This document shows, piece by piece, positions 31,326-45,008 of a stretch of 64,000 nucleotides of DNA. A model generated the notes under the pieces. The model did no database searches, was not told the origin of the DNA, and worked only from the letters and a program-made list of their open reading frames with translations. Within the stretch, counting starts at the first letter, position 1; each line of letters begins with the position of its first letter. The stretch lies in the NCBI RefSeq assembly GCF_009914755.1, contig NC_060927.1; one strand, given 5' to 3'. This DNA comes from the human T2T-CHM13v2.0 reference genome, Homo sapiens. The position numbers and the translations under genes were made by a program.

Positions 31326-32479
31326 TATTTAACAAATACCAGCAAAACAAGGTTTATATATTGGTGATGTTTGGAACATAGAGTATTATTCTGAAAGACC
31401 TTGGAAGACCTAATGAAATGAGGGTAATGGAATAAGCTGAGGCTTGTAGAGCATATGACACAAATATAAACATATTGTGCATATGAAATATTAGCACAGA
31501 GGATGAAATATACTGGAAAATATAATATATAGTTTATCCTGGGGAAGTGGAAATATATCTGAATAATTAAACTCAGGCACACAAATGATATTTCCTTGTT
31601 TAAAATTAAGTCCAGCTTAATCACAGAACTTACTGTAGCCCTCCCCTAATTCTTCAGTTTGCACAAAAATTTTGGAAGCTCAGGTTATGCTCCCCAAATA
31701 GTAAATTAACCTCCAATTTCCAGTCTGTTGCAATCATCGATGATGGCTCTTTTTGCCAGGGCACTTTGTGCCTGGAGTAGTGTCTACTCCACCTCTGTGC
31801 CACCCTTGCAGAATGATTTACTAGTTTCTCATTGAGGCCATAACAAAATACCACAATATGATCTCATACTTAGAGAAACCTAAAGACTCCACCAAAAACC
31901 TCTTAGTACTGACAAAAAAATTCAGTAGGGTCACAGGGCACAAAATCAATATACAAAAGTTAGTAGCATTTACATATGCTAACAGTAAACAATCTGAAAA
32001 GTAAATCAAGAGTGCAGTCTCAATTACAATATCTACAATTATAATACCTAAGAATCAATTTAAGCAAGGAAGAGAAAGAGGCATACTTCTAGGAAAACTG
32101 TAACACACTGATAAAAGATATTAAAAAGCATGAAAACATCAAAAGATATTCCATGCATGTTGTCTGGAAGAATTAACATTGTTAAAATGACAATACTAAC
32201 CAAAGAAATTTACAGATCCAATACAATCTCAATCAAAATACAAAATACCAGTAACAGTCATTGCATAAATAGAAAAAATATTCTAAAATGTATATGGAAC
32301 CATGAAAGTCCCCAAATAGCCAAAGTAATCTTGACCAAAAAGAACAAAGCTGGAGGAATCACAATACCTTATTTTGAGATATACTCCAAAGTTATAATAA
32401 TCAGAAGAACATGATACTGGCATGAAAACAGACACACAGACCAAGGGAACACAATAGAGAGAGTAGAAATAAATCCAAG

Positions 32480-33157
32480 TGATATGGTTTGGCTGTATCC
32501 CCATTCTAAATCTCATCTTGTATTGTAATCCTCATAATCCCTATGTGTCAAGGGTGGGAACAGGTAGAGGTAATTGGATCATGGGGGTTGTTTCCCCCAT
32601 GTTTTCCTTGTGATAATGAGTCTCATGAGATCTCATGGTTTTATAAGCATCTGGCATTTCCACTGCTTGCACTCTCTCCATCCTGTTGCCCTGTGAAGAA
32701 GGTGTCTGCTTCTCCTTTGCCTTCTGCCATAATGGTAAGTTTCCTGAGGATTTCCCAGCAATGCAGAACTGGGAGTCAATAAAACCTCTTTCCTGCCAGG
32801 TGCGGTGGCTCATGCCTGTAATCTTAGCACTTTGGGAGGCCGAGGCAGGTGGATCATCTGAGATCAAGAGTTTGAGACCAGCCTGGCCAACATGGTGAAA
32901 CCCCATCTCTACTAAAAACACAAAAATTAACCAGGCGTGTTGGTGTGCACCTGTAATCCTAGCTACTTGGGAGGCTGAGGCAGGAGAATTGCTTGAACCT
33001 GGGAGGCAGAGGTTGCAGTGAGCCAAGTTCACGTCATTGCACTACAGCCTGGAGAACTCCATCTCAAAAACAAACAAGCAAACAAAATAAATCTTTCCTT
33101 CACAAATTACCCAATCTCAGGTATTTCTTCATAGCAGCATGAGAACGGACTAAGACA
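32480..33157 (+). mobile_element. THE1C-like MaLR solo LTR, split by an Alu
   Basis: TGATATGGTTTGGCTGT...GAGAACGGACTAAGACA. Confidence 0.9.
32794..33090 (+). mobile_element. AluS (Sx/Sz-like) inside THE1C
   Basis: Dimer with a degenerate TSD ...tctttcct. Confidence 0.93.
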
Positions 33158-35209
33158 ATTATTTTTTGATAAAGATTCCAAGAATACACAATGGGTAAAG
33201 GAAAGCCTCTTCAATGAATATTGTTGAGACAACTGGATAGCCACATGAAGAAGAATAAAATTAGCCTCTTATCACACATCACTTACAAAAATCAATGCAA
33301 GATGAATGAAAGACTTAAACATAAGATCTGAAACTTTAGAACTACTAGAAAAGAGCATAGGGACAAAGCTCCATGCCTTGACCTGAGCAATGATTTTTTG
33401 GACATTAACCGAAAAGTACATGCAACAAAAGCAACGTATACAAATGGGATTACATCAAACTAAAAAGGTTCTGCACAAGAAAGAAATCAACAAAGTAAAG
33501 ACACAACCCATAGAATGGGAGAACATATTTGCAAACCACCCATTTCACAAGGGATTCATAACCAGAATATTTAAGGGATGCAAAAAATTCAATAGCAAAG
33601 TCATCATCATCATCATCATCCAATTTAAAATGTGCAAAAAAATCTGAATAGACTTTTCTCAAAAAACATAAAAATGGCCAACATGTGTATGTAAAAAATA
33701 CTCAACATGACTAATCATCAGAAAAATTCAAATCAATACAACAGTGAGATACCATCTTGCCCCAGTTAAAACTACTTTTATAAAAAAGACAGTCAAAAAT
33801 ACATGCTGGCAAGGATGTGAAGAAAGGAATACCATCATTCGTACACTGTTGGTGGAAATATAAATGAGTACAGCCACTATGAAGAACAGTATGAAAGTTC
33901 CTCAAAAAAACTAAAAATAGATCTACCACATGATCCATAAATTCCACTACTGGGTATATATTCAAAAGAGACCAATATATCAAAACTATATCTGCATTCC
34001 CATGTTTATTACAGCACTATTCACAATAGCCAAAATATGGAATTAACCTAAGTGCCTATCAACGAATTAATAGCTGGATAAATAAAATATAGCATATATA
34101 ATAAAGAATGAAATTCTGTCATTTGCAGCACAATAGATGGAACTAGGAGATATTATGTCAAGTGAAGTAAGCCAGACACAGAAAGACAAATATTGTATGT
34201 TTTCACTCATGTGTGGGAGCTAAAAAAATTTATCTCATGGACATAGAGAGTAAAATGATAGTTATCAGAGGCTGAGGAGAGTACTAGGAATAATGAGAGA
34301 GTTGGTTAATGGATAAAAAATATAATTAGATAGAAGGAATAATATCTACTGTTCAGTAGCACAAAAGAGGAATTATAATTAACAATAATTTATTATATAT
34401 TTCAAAATAACTAGAAGAGTGGAATTGGAATGTTCATAACACAAAGAAGTAATAAATTTTTTAGGTGATGGATATTTGGTTATTAAACTTTGTATGCTTG
34501 TATCAGAATTTTACATGTACCCCATTAACATGTACAGCTATTATGTATTCATAAAAATTAAAAAAATTGATTAGTGTTGAATTATATGACCAGAGAACAG
34601 GAATCTGCTGGGACCTCTGTAGATTTCTGCCTATCACACACGGATATCTTGATAAGGCTGGAAACCTATATGTCTGGGTTTTACCTCACCCATGCAGGTG
34701 CACAATAAAATCAATTCTGAGATTTTATCCTCCTCAGGGTTCTTCAAGGAGATGAGAATCCTGCTAATCTGCACAACTTTATTATCCTCATCTTGTAGGA
34801 AATCTATACACTCTCTCTTTCTCTTATGCTTCCTCAAACATAATATTCTCAGTGAGGTGAGACTACCACAAATGACTGTTAGAGACAGGTCTTTAGTTGC
34901 CTTGGGTTATATAAATTCTAAATTCCCACGCCACCCATTTACTTGAGACAAGAAAATAGAAAAATTCTGGCTACATTTCTGTAATAAGAAAGTAGAAGGA
35001 AAGCAAATACAAATTAATATCTCAAAAATTATCTCACAATATTGGAAAAGTAGTGTTTGGACATTATTAATTTTTTATTGAAATTGATCTGAAATTATTG
35101 CTTTATTGACAGAAGACTAAATCTTAAAGTAAAATATGGAATAACCAGAACAAAAAAAGTAGATGAAAGCAAAAAGTTTCTTAAAAGATTAAAAAAAGGG
35201 TTAGGTGCT

Positions 35210-35633
35210 TATAATAGCTGTGACAGTTGCCATAGCAAAGTATCACAAATTATATGGTTTAAACAGCAGAAATTTATCTCACAATTCAGGATGCTGGAAG
35301 TCTGAGATCAAGATGTTGGCAGCGCCATGCTCTCTCTGAAGGCACTAAGGAAAGGTCTGTTCCAGGCCATTCTCCTAGCTTCTGGTAGCTCCTTGGCTTC
35401 TCTATGCAAAACTCCAGTCTTCACATGGTATTCTTCCTGTGTGTCAGTCTCTGTGTCCAAACTGCACCTGTTTATGAGGACACCAGTCACATTGGATTAA
35501 GATTTACCCTGCAGAGCTCATTTTAATTTGATTACCTCTATAATGACCTATCTCAAAATATGGTCACATTCTTAGTACTGGGGTTTAGGACTCAAATTTT
35601 ATCTTTTTGTGATGGACACAATTCAATCCATAA
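35210..35633 (-). mobile_element. MLT1B/C-like MaLR LTR
   Basis: cagaaatttatctcacaattc...gaggacaccagtcacattggatta...cacaattcaatccataa. Confidence 0.8.
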
Positions 35634-36548
35634 AATTGACTTTCTTTACGCTTAATACGGACATGTTATATTTGCAATATTTACTATTGTGTCACTCTGA
35701 ATGTTTCCCAGAAAGAGCATTATGTTTGGAGTTTAAAAATTTGGGTTCGATTTTAAGTTCTGCTACTTATCTCCAATATTCAAGTTATCTCATGATTGAC
35801 AGGAAGGTGGAACCAGGGGGGATAGTGAAGAAAGCTGAGCATAAAGCAGACCCTCTGCAAGCTCCTGGCTTGCCCTCTCTTCCAATGCTCTTCTGGTATA
35901 ACAAGACAACTAAATAACATAGTCCTGCAGTTGGAGTCTGTAGGGGACCCCAAAGAGAGCTGGAGCCAAAATAAAGCCAAATAAAAACCATGTTTTCTAG
36001 AAAAAAGTGTAATAATAGGTTCGTGTGTGTGTGTGTGTATGTGTGTTGTGGTTTTAGAATAAGTGAAATCCTCATGGATTAGAATACTGTTTTTCTCTTC
36101 AAGTTTAACTGAAATTGGTTTTTAAAAATCTATGCAATGTATTTTTTTGAGTGGCAGTGAGCCTTCTAAGGAGAGCTAGTAAATCCACTAATAGTGGAAA
36201 AGGGGACCTCTCAGTGCTGCTTGCTACTTGCTAAATACAAGATGCTAATTGTCCCAGGTTTTCAATCCAAATATTTTCAATCCATTAGCTCCACAATCTT
36301 CCCTGGTACTCCCCTCCATCATCAATCATCATTCTCTACTTAGAGTGTTGAGAACATTTGCTTATTGCTCACCTTTCCTCCAATCTTATCCCTCCTGAAA
36401 AATGATACACAGTGAGGCCAGAATTAGGTGGCAAAAATATAAGCATGGGCACTTCTTAATCTAATTACTATTTTCTTTAAGTAGCTATGGACCCATCCAT
36501 TTTGCGAGTATATTCATACAGTTTCTCTTTCTAGAATGGCACAGCCCC

Positions 36549-36915
<367 letters not shown>

Positions 36916-37679
36916 TCAAAAGCCAGCTTTTTTTCCCAAAGCTTTCTTTGAATTCTGCAGGCAAGTTTAGAAGTTTATTTTTCAAATGTTGCCATAAAAC
37001 CAGTTAATTGTTACAATGTTTTGTCTAGGGCACACAGGAATCTGGATTCGAGAGGCCTAGAGCTGGTCTGGAGTCTATGAACCATTTGGGAGCTAACTTG
37101 AATCTAACCCATAATTGGAGTTTAGGCACATACAGACTTGCTTAATATACATAAAGAATACAAAGAACATAAGACAGTGACTCTGCTGTCTTTCCTTCAT
37201 ATTGCATAGTACACATTGCTATAAACAGAAGTTTTACTTTGTAGAGTAGCACAAATCCCTTTCAATCAACCTTATCTCCATCAACACGCCATGGTGCTTA
37301 CAATTCCCTGTATTTAATTTTCTTCAGTAGAGCCTTGTCTCCAGAAATCCTGTTGAAAGATATACAAGTTTTCTGAGAAACTGTACATTTCCAATTATGT
37401 TTATATGTATCTCCTCTCCATCACTCTTCTTCCACTAATGATGCTAAAGCTTTATTCATACACCACTCATGGTTTATGAAGTATCTCTCCACCAACTTTA
37501 TTAAATGTTGATGATACTATAAGAGTTATTTTCTTAGAACTCTTATGAACACTTCAATTCTATGCTTGTCATCAAATATTTTCCAATATTCTACTGGGCA
37601 GAACCCAAATCTCTTTTGAATTCATACCTGTATAACCTACATTGGAGCTATACCAAATAGTTAGTTAAAAAAAAATGAC

Positions 37680-37865
37680 TTGCTCTTCAGTTATTAAAGG
37701 ATGCTTCAGAATCATGTGAGAGGCATGTTAAACACAGATTGCTGGTCCCCACTCCTAGAGTTTCTCATTTAGTAGTTCTGGGCTGGGTCCAAGAATGTGC
37801 TTTCTAACAAGCTGCTATGTGATGCTGATGCCCCTGATTCTGGGAGCACAAATTTGAGAATCCTT
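37680..37865. mobile_element. MER5A-like DNA transposon
   Basis: cagaatca...cacagattgctgg...tttctaacaagct...gatgctgatg...tttgagaa. Confidence 0.75.
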
Positions 37866-38556
37866 TCTCTCAATATTTAGATCCCATTTATTTATTCTTG
37901 ATAAGTTTTTAACATTGCTTTTCCTTCTATTTAGTTTTTCTTTTTTAAAATATGTTAAATGGCACTTTCCTGAAAATAGGAAGTGTTTTCCAGAAAAAAA
38001 ATTTTCTTTCCTTTACAAATACACCTTTATAAAAAAGCATTTTGAGTCATATTTGTTTGTCCTTCAATAACAAATACATCTTAAAAAACATTTTGAGACA
38101 TATTATTATAATAATCATTTGATAGTTTTCCCATTTGTTGTTTTTATATGTCTTTTACATCTTGCTAGATATCTTTTAGGCAATTAATCCCTAGAAGCCA
38201 TCTTGTATCTGGCACACAGCAGACATACCATATCACTAAATGTACGAATAAATGTTTGGATGGGAGATAAAATTATAGATCGATAGATAGATAGATAATC
38301 TGACAGTAGCCCTTTAGCATCATTTAGGATGGATTAATTTATCACAACTTCTAGCATAGAATATAAATATCCAAGAAACAGAAAATCTTCCAATTTTGGA
38401 AGAAGATAAAATAATAATTCTGAACAAAAAGGGTTGGTTGTTCAAGGATAGCCTGAGTACAAGCCCTAAGACATAAAAGTCAGAAAGATACTGGTAGGAC
38501 ATGAGCCCACAGGGAAAGGCATTTGAAAGGGGGATAAAGGGTAAATAAAGATATAC

Positions 38557-38776
38557 CTTCCACCGCCTGTCAATATGTAGCTGTTGCACTTTAGTCAGGC
38601 AGTATGAAAATACCGTCAAAAGCTTCAGAAAGCAGGATTTTTCCAGATCTCCTCTCTCTTTCTGAGTTGGGATACCCCTTTTATATTTAAACCATAAGTA
38701 TCGAGCTCTCATCATCTTACTCATTGTTTTAGATTCAACTCGTCTTCAAATAGACTATAACTTGAATGACTCAGAC
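38557..38776 (-). other. Candidate exon, 220 nt, carrying the FCH-like motif KERGDLEKSCFLKL (internal alternative donor at 38721)
   Basis: ctcttccattttcag|G ... AAG|gtatat; also TGA|gtaaga at 38721. Confidence 0.55.
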
Positions 38777-39167
38777 CTGAAAATGGAAGAGATTTCCACT
38801 CAAAATATTTTCTAGTCTTACCATTTATAGTAGATTGGCAAATTAGCAGAATGTGATAATTGATCATGTAGGGGAAATTATTCTAGATGACAAAAACAGA
38901 CATTTATTTATTTTAAAATTTAACTTGAAAATATTGGCTGCTTATGCTTCATATTCATAATAGTTATCAATAAATCATTGAGAAATGTAGTCCATATAAA
39001 AATTTATATGGATTTATTTCTTACATTCAAACGATGTGGTAACAAAACAATTACTTAACTTTCTTCAGTTACTCTTGTCTGTTACTCTAACATTTCTTCT
39101 CATTTGTCTCTAATATTTTCCTCAGGCTGCTGGTGGTGATTAAAAAAAAATATATATATAGCGTTGA

Positions 39168-39599
<432 letters not shown>

Positions 39600-40834
39600 T
39601 AGTCACATAAAATTTCCTAGGAGATCAGTAACAAAATCTAGGTCATTTTCTGAGCATATATTTTAAAGATAGAGGAAGCTAAAAAAGACGAGAAACAGAA
39701 GAAACTGTCTCAAAGAATTAATTTACGTATGTAATAAAAGGTTTTCTGTCTCTTATTTAATCAGAACTTTTTCTTGACTTCTCTCTCCCTCTCTCTAATG
39801 CATATATATATAAAGAAATATATATATATTTATTCATATATAAAAATACATACCTATATGGATACAATAATATTTTTATAGTCTTTTGTAAAAAATTTTA
39901 TATGGATAAGAGGTAAAAATAGTCTTTTATTTCACTTACTATGCAAAACATTAATAACTTGCTGGGCATTATTCTACTAAGACAGAAAATATGGTTGACC
40001 AATAACTATTATTGTGATATTGTGTGTGTGTGTGTGTGCATGCATCTGTTGTGGTGAAGCAATGATAATTCAAAAACTCTTTTAGAAGCTGCAAGACAAA
40101 GTGGATTTAGAAAAACAGTGAGATTGAAATGCATCTTCTTCTATTCACTATGCAAACTTATTGCACATTCATTTTTTTATCTGTAAATTGTAATAATAAC
40201 TAATTTGCATATTTTATTAAGTAGAAACTTTATTATCATCATTTTCAGTATTTAAAGAATTATTACACACTTTGCCTCATACCCCCAGTATTTCTGCTAA
40301 ACCCTGCACTGAAAGGGTTAATTAAAATTCTTCTTAATCAAGTATCTACTAGTATTATGTACTTGAGAGAAAGAACTCCGAGAAAGAAAAAAGGAGGTAT
40401 GAAATATCAGCTATTTTACAATACCATGGTCTATGTCTGAATTCAAAGATCTGCTTGGCTGACAATATCTAAGACAGAGAGAACTCACTACAAAATAGGT
40501 TAAAAGTAATCAGAGATAAGAGCTATCTCTACATGCATCTATTTTAGGACATATTCATGAAGACACCAATTTGAGAAGCTCTATTTTACTAGGCTAAAAT
40601 ATAAACAAAATAGGAATATAGCTGAAATTCACAAATATACAAACACATCATGTATTTTATCACTTTCACAGCAATTGTCCTTTTCCTGGCTTAGCTCTTT
40701 CTTTTCTCTTTAAATACACACTTTTTAAATTTGAACCTAAAAGTTATTTCAATAAAAATATGAAGAAAATAGTAAAAATTGAACCACACCATAATTTACC
40801 ATAGGACATATATCCACAGACAGTTTTTATTTAT

Positions 40835-41392
40835 CCTTTTTATTTTTTAAACACTTTTATTTTAGGTTCAGGGGTACACATGCAGGTTTGTTATATACAT
40901 AAACTCTTGTTGCGGGGGTTTGTTGTACAGACTATTTCATTCATGACCCAGGTACTAAACCTAGTACCCAGTAGTGATTTATTCTGCTTCTCTCCCCCAC
41001 TCTGTTACTCTCCACCCTCAGGTAGGCCCCATTGTCTGTTGTTCCCCTGTTTATGTCCATGTGTTCTCATCATTTAGCTCCCACTTAAAAATGAGGTCAT
41101 GCGGTATTTCGTTTTCTGTTCCTGCGTTAGTTTGCCAAGAATAATGGCCTCCAGCTCCATCCATGTGCCTGAAGAGAACATGATCTCATTCATTTTTATG
41201 GTTGCATATTATTCCATGGTGTACATGTATCACATTTTCTTTATCCAGTCTACCTTTGATGGGCATTTAGGTTGATTCCATGTCTTGGCTTTTGGAATGG
41301 TGCTGCAATGAACATACATGTGCATGTCTTTATGATAGAATGATTTATATTCCTTTGGGTATATACACAGAAATGAGATTGTTGGGTCAAAT
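40835..41392 (-). mobile_element. L1PA13-15-type 3' end
   Basis: ttttaggttcaggggtacacatgcaggtttgtta...gggggtttgttgtacaga. Confidence 0.85.
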
Positions 41393-42935
41393 AGCTTCAT
41401 TTTTATAAATACTTGCTATAGTAGCAACAAAGACAGAATGAACATATAATGAACACCCCTGTATTCACCTGCAACATCTGAATGACAAGTTAGAACACTA
41501 ACAGGAGCTACAAGCTTGTGTTCACTAACCAACTGAGATAGCATTGTAATTTGGCTCTGTTTTTTTTTTCCTTTAGTTAGATATGACAGGACTCTTATAC
41601 TAATAAATATCTTTTTATTGGAAGAAATTGAAACTAGGATAGTCCACATATATTAATTGGAACCTCCTGTAGTTTCATGTAACTAATTTTACACTTTCAA
41701 AGTAGACATGATGAATGGGATTTTTGAAAAGTCTGCACGCATATGGCAGGTTCCAGGGCCAGGGTAGAGGGTTAACATTCGGTAACAGCAAAGACAGCAA
41801 TGATAATTTCACTTTTTAATTAAGCTATCTGGTAGGTATTTTGACTTATGGTTACTCTCCCCCACAAAAAAAAATTCTCAAATTTTCTCATGAGACTGCA
41901 AATTTGAGTCACATTTAGCAAAATTTAAAAGTATTTTAATCCAGACAAAAAATAACCTCCTTGCAACAGGAACAGCAGGAAGTCTCCCTCACTTACTTAA
42001 TTTCCCCATGTTCTGCTTCTAATGATACAACTTAGAGGAATCCTAAAATGGGAAAAGTAAATTAGCCTGGAGGAGCAAGAAAATTAAACTGTGAATTATT
42101 TTTATTTTATTTTCCATATGTCAATTGTTTTCTCTAGACTTTTGCTATTTCTAAAATATCTGGTATTTATTTCCTATCTCAGGGAAAATCAGTCTTCCAA
42201 GCTATCGCCTTGTCTGTTTTTCTTTTAAAAAAGATTTTGTGAGATACAATTTATATATCACAAAAATCAAAGGTTTAAAGTATCAGTTTCAATAAACTTT
42301 TAGTATACGTGCATAGTTCTGAAACCATTACCATTAAAAACCTAGAAATATATAGTCATAAGTATTGTTTTAAAAAATCTTGTTTTTTAAAAATGCTAAG
42401 ATAATAAAGGAGAGCAAGTATTTATTAACAGACATTTTACAGTAAACTTCATATTTACCATTTCAATTTTTCTTCATTTTTCCCATATGGATTTGATTTA
42501 TTATTTAGCCTTATTACCCTATTAGTAAACCACCTCATTCTCACCATCTCCCATTTTCAAATATTTACCTTTTTATAAGTTATAGGGTCAACAATATAAT
42601 TTTATATATATTGTATTATACAGTTTCTTTATAAACTACGTAAGAGAAGAAAGGAAAAGAAATGTGTAATTTTACTGTGCTTCATATTATCTATATAATT
42701 ACCTTTACCAATACTTTTCACTTTTTCATATGGATTTTAATTACTCTTTTGTGTCACGTCTTTATAGCCTGAAGAACTAGCTTAAGTATTGCCTGTAACA
42801 CAGATCAGATAGCATTTCCCTCCATGTTTTCCTCTGGGAATGTTTTTATTTCACTTTAATATTTGAAAGATAGTTTTGCAGGCTGTAAGCTTCTCAGTTG
42901 GCAGCTTTTTGAATATTTTTTCTTTTGGAGTTTTT

Positions 42936-43317
42936 TTATTTAATTTTTTTATTTCAATAGTTTTTTGGGGAACAGATGGTGTTTGGTTACATGAATAAGT
43001 TCTTCAGTGGTGATTTCTGAGATTTTGATGCACCCATCACCCGAGCAGTGAACACTGTACCCAATGTGTAGTCTTTTATCCCTTGCCACCCTCCATCCTT
43101 ACTCCCCAGTCCCCAAAGTCCAATGTATCATTCTTACACCTTTGCATCCTCATAGCTTAGCTCCCACATATGAATGAGAACATACTATGTTTAGTTTTCC
43201 ATTCCTGAGTTACTTGACTTACAGTAATAGTCTCCAATTCCATCTAGGTTGCTGTGAAAGAAATCATTTTTTTTCCTTTTTATAGCTGAGTAGTATTCCA
43301 TGGCATGTGTGTGTGTG

Positions 43318-43350
<33 letters not shown>

Positions 43351-45008
43351 ATTTATATCACATTTTCCTCATTATTCTCTCAAATACTCAAATATGTTTT
43401 CCAAACTCTTAGATTTTTCTTCTTCCTTGAGAACACCAATTATTCTTAGGTTTGGACATTTAACATAGTCTAAAATTCTTGGAGGCTTTGTTCATTTTTT
43501 AAAAAATAATTCTTTTTTATTTGTCTTTGACAAATTGGGTCAATTTGAAAGCCTTGTCTTTGAGCTCTGAAGTTCTTTTGTCTGATTTTTGATTCTATTG
43601 CTGAGACTTTCCAGTGTATTTTGCATTTCTAAGTGTATCCTTGATTTCCTGAAGTTGTGATTTTTTTTATTTATGCTATCTATTTCACAGAATAATTTTC
43701 CTTTGATATCCTGTACCATGTTTTTGATTTCTTTAAGTTGGACATTACTTTTCTCTGGTGCCTTCTTGATTAGCTTAATAATTGACCTTCTGAATTCTTT
43801 TTCTGCAATTCAGAGATTTCATCTTGGTTTGGATCTATTGCTGGTGATCTGGTATGTTCTTTTGGGAGTGTTAAAGAACCTTGTTTTGTCCTATTACCAG
43901 AATTGTTTTTCTGGTTCCTTCTCCTTGGGGTAGACTATGTCAGAGGAAGGATCTGGGACTCAAGCGCTGCTGTTCAGATTCTTTTATTCCATTGGGTACT
44001 CCCTTGATGTAGAGTTCTCCCACTTCCCCTAGGAATGGGGCTTCCTGAGAGCTGAACTGTAGTGATCGTTGTTGCTTTTCTGGGTCTAGCCACCTAGGGG
44101 AGCTGCCAGGCTCTCGGCTGCTACTAGGAAGTGTCTGCAAAGAGTCCTGTGATGTGGTCCATCTTCAGGTCTTGCAGCTGTGGATACCAGCACCTGCTCT
44201 GACGGATGTAGCAGGGGAGTGAAGTGGACTCTGTGAGGGTCCTTGATTGTGTATTTGTTTAGTGTGCCTCCAGTTTAGTATGTTGGCTGGCCTCCAGCCA
44301 GGAGGTGGCACTTTCAAAAGCACATCAGCTGTGCTTCTATAGGGAGGATACAAACTTGTCCAGGGACACTTGGTTAAGTATGCAAGTTTCTCAGGCAGTG
44401 CGCAGGGCCATAGAGCTCCCAAGAGATTATGACTTTGTCTTTGGCTGCCAGGGATAGTAGAGAAAGACCCCAGGCCAGGGCAGGGATAGGCATATCTGAG
44501 CTCAGCCTCTCCTCCATCTGGGCTTGTCGTGGCTGATGTGGGGGATGGGATGTGGTTCCCAGTCCAGTGGAGTTATGTTCCCAGGGGGATTATGGCTGCC
44601 TCTGCTGAGTCACAAAGGTCACCAGGGAAGTGGGGGAAAGCCAGCAGTCACAGGCCTGCTCCCATGCAGCCCACAGTCCTAAAGGCTCGTCTCACTCTCA
44701 CCTTGCCCCTCAAACAGCGCCGTGTTTATTTCCAGACAGCTGGTGACCAGGGCTGAGAACTTTCCCCAGACCATAAGCCTCCCATTGAGAAAGCAAGCAG
44801 AATCACAGTTTTTTTTTGTCATCTCTTGGAGCCTGTAGTGGCAATCCAGTTCCTTCAAAAGTCTGGATTATTTCGGCTTTCCTGGTATTTTCCTGTGGTA
44901 GTTCTTAAAGCAAAAGTTCCCAGTGTGGGTCTCCACGTGCTGCTCTGTCCATCTGAGCAGGAGCTGCAAGCTAGTCCTGTCTCCTATCCATCATCTTAAC
45001 TCCAATCC
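42936..45008 (-). mobile_element. L1PB1/L1PBa element with both ends and a large internal deletion
   Basis: The 3'UTR (42936-43365) is joined to ORF1-5' and the L1PBa 5'UTR. Candidate TSD TCTTTTGGAGTTTTT / TCTTTTAGTGTTTTT. Confidence 0.8.
43306..43350. repeat. (TG)n microsatellite
   Basis: About 22 units with one interruption. Confidence 0.97.

Larger units (their letters stand above)
31855..34566 (+). mobile_element. 5'-truncated L1MA (about L1MA3-5), ORF2 3' half to tail, interrupted by THE1C
   Basis: Decayed ORF2 ([17 protein letters not shown]) and an L1MA-type 3'UTR ending ...ttatgtattcataaaaattaaaaaaa. Confidence 0.9.

Noticed and set aside
34690-34795. Possible minus-strand exon (DEDNKVVQISRILISL...)
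   Set aside because: The acceptor region is purine-rich and the segment has no place in the phase or homology chain.
38320-38724. 134-aa ORF as a standalone gene
   Set aside because: Only the first 56 codons lie in the candidate exon; the rest reads through a donor into AT-rich intron-like sequence.
38991-39012. Perfect 10-bp palindrome TCCATATAAA-AA-TTTATATGGA (similar 9-bp stem at 58025-58046)
   Set aside because: Such stems are expected occasionally in 64 kb of AT-rich DNA, and there is no functional context.
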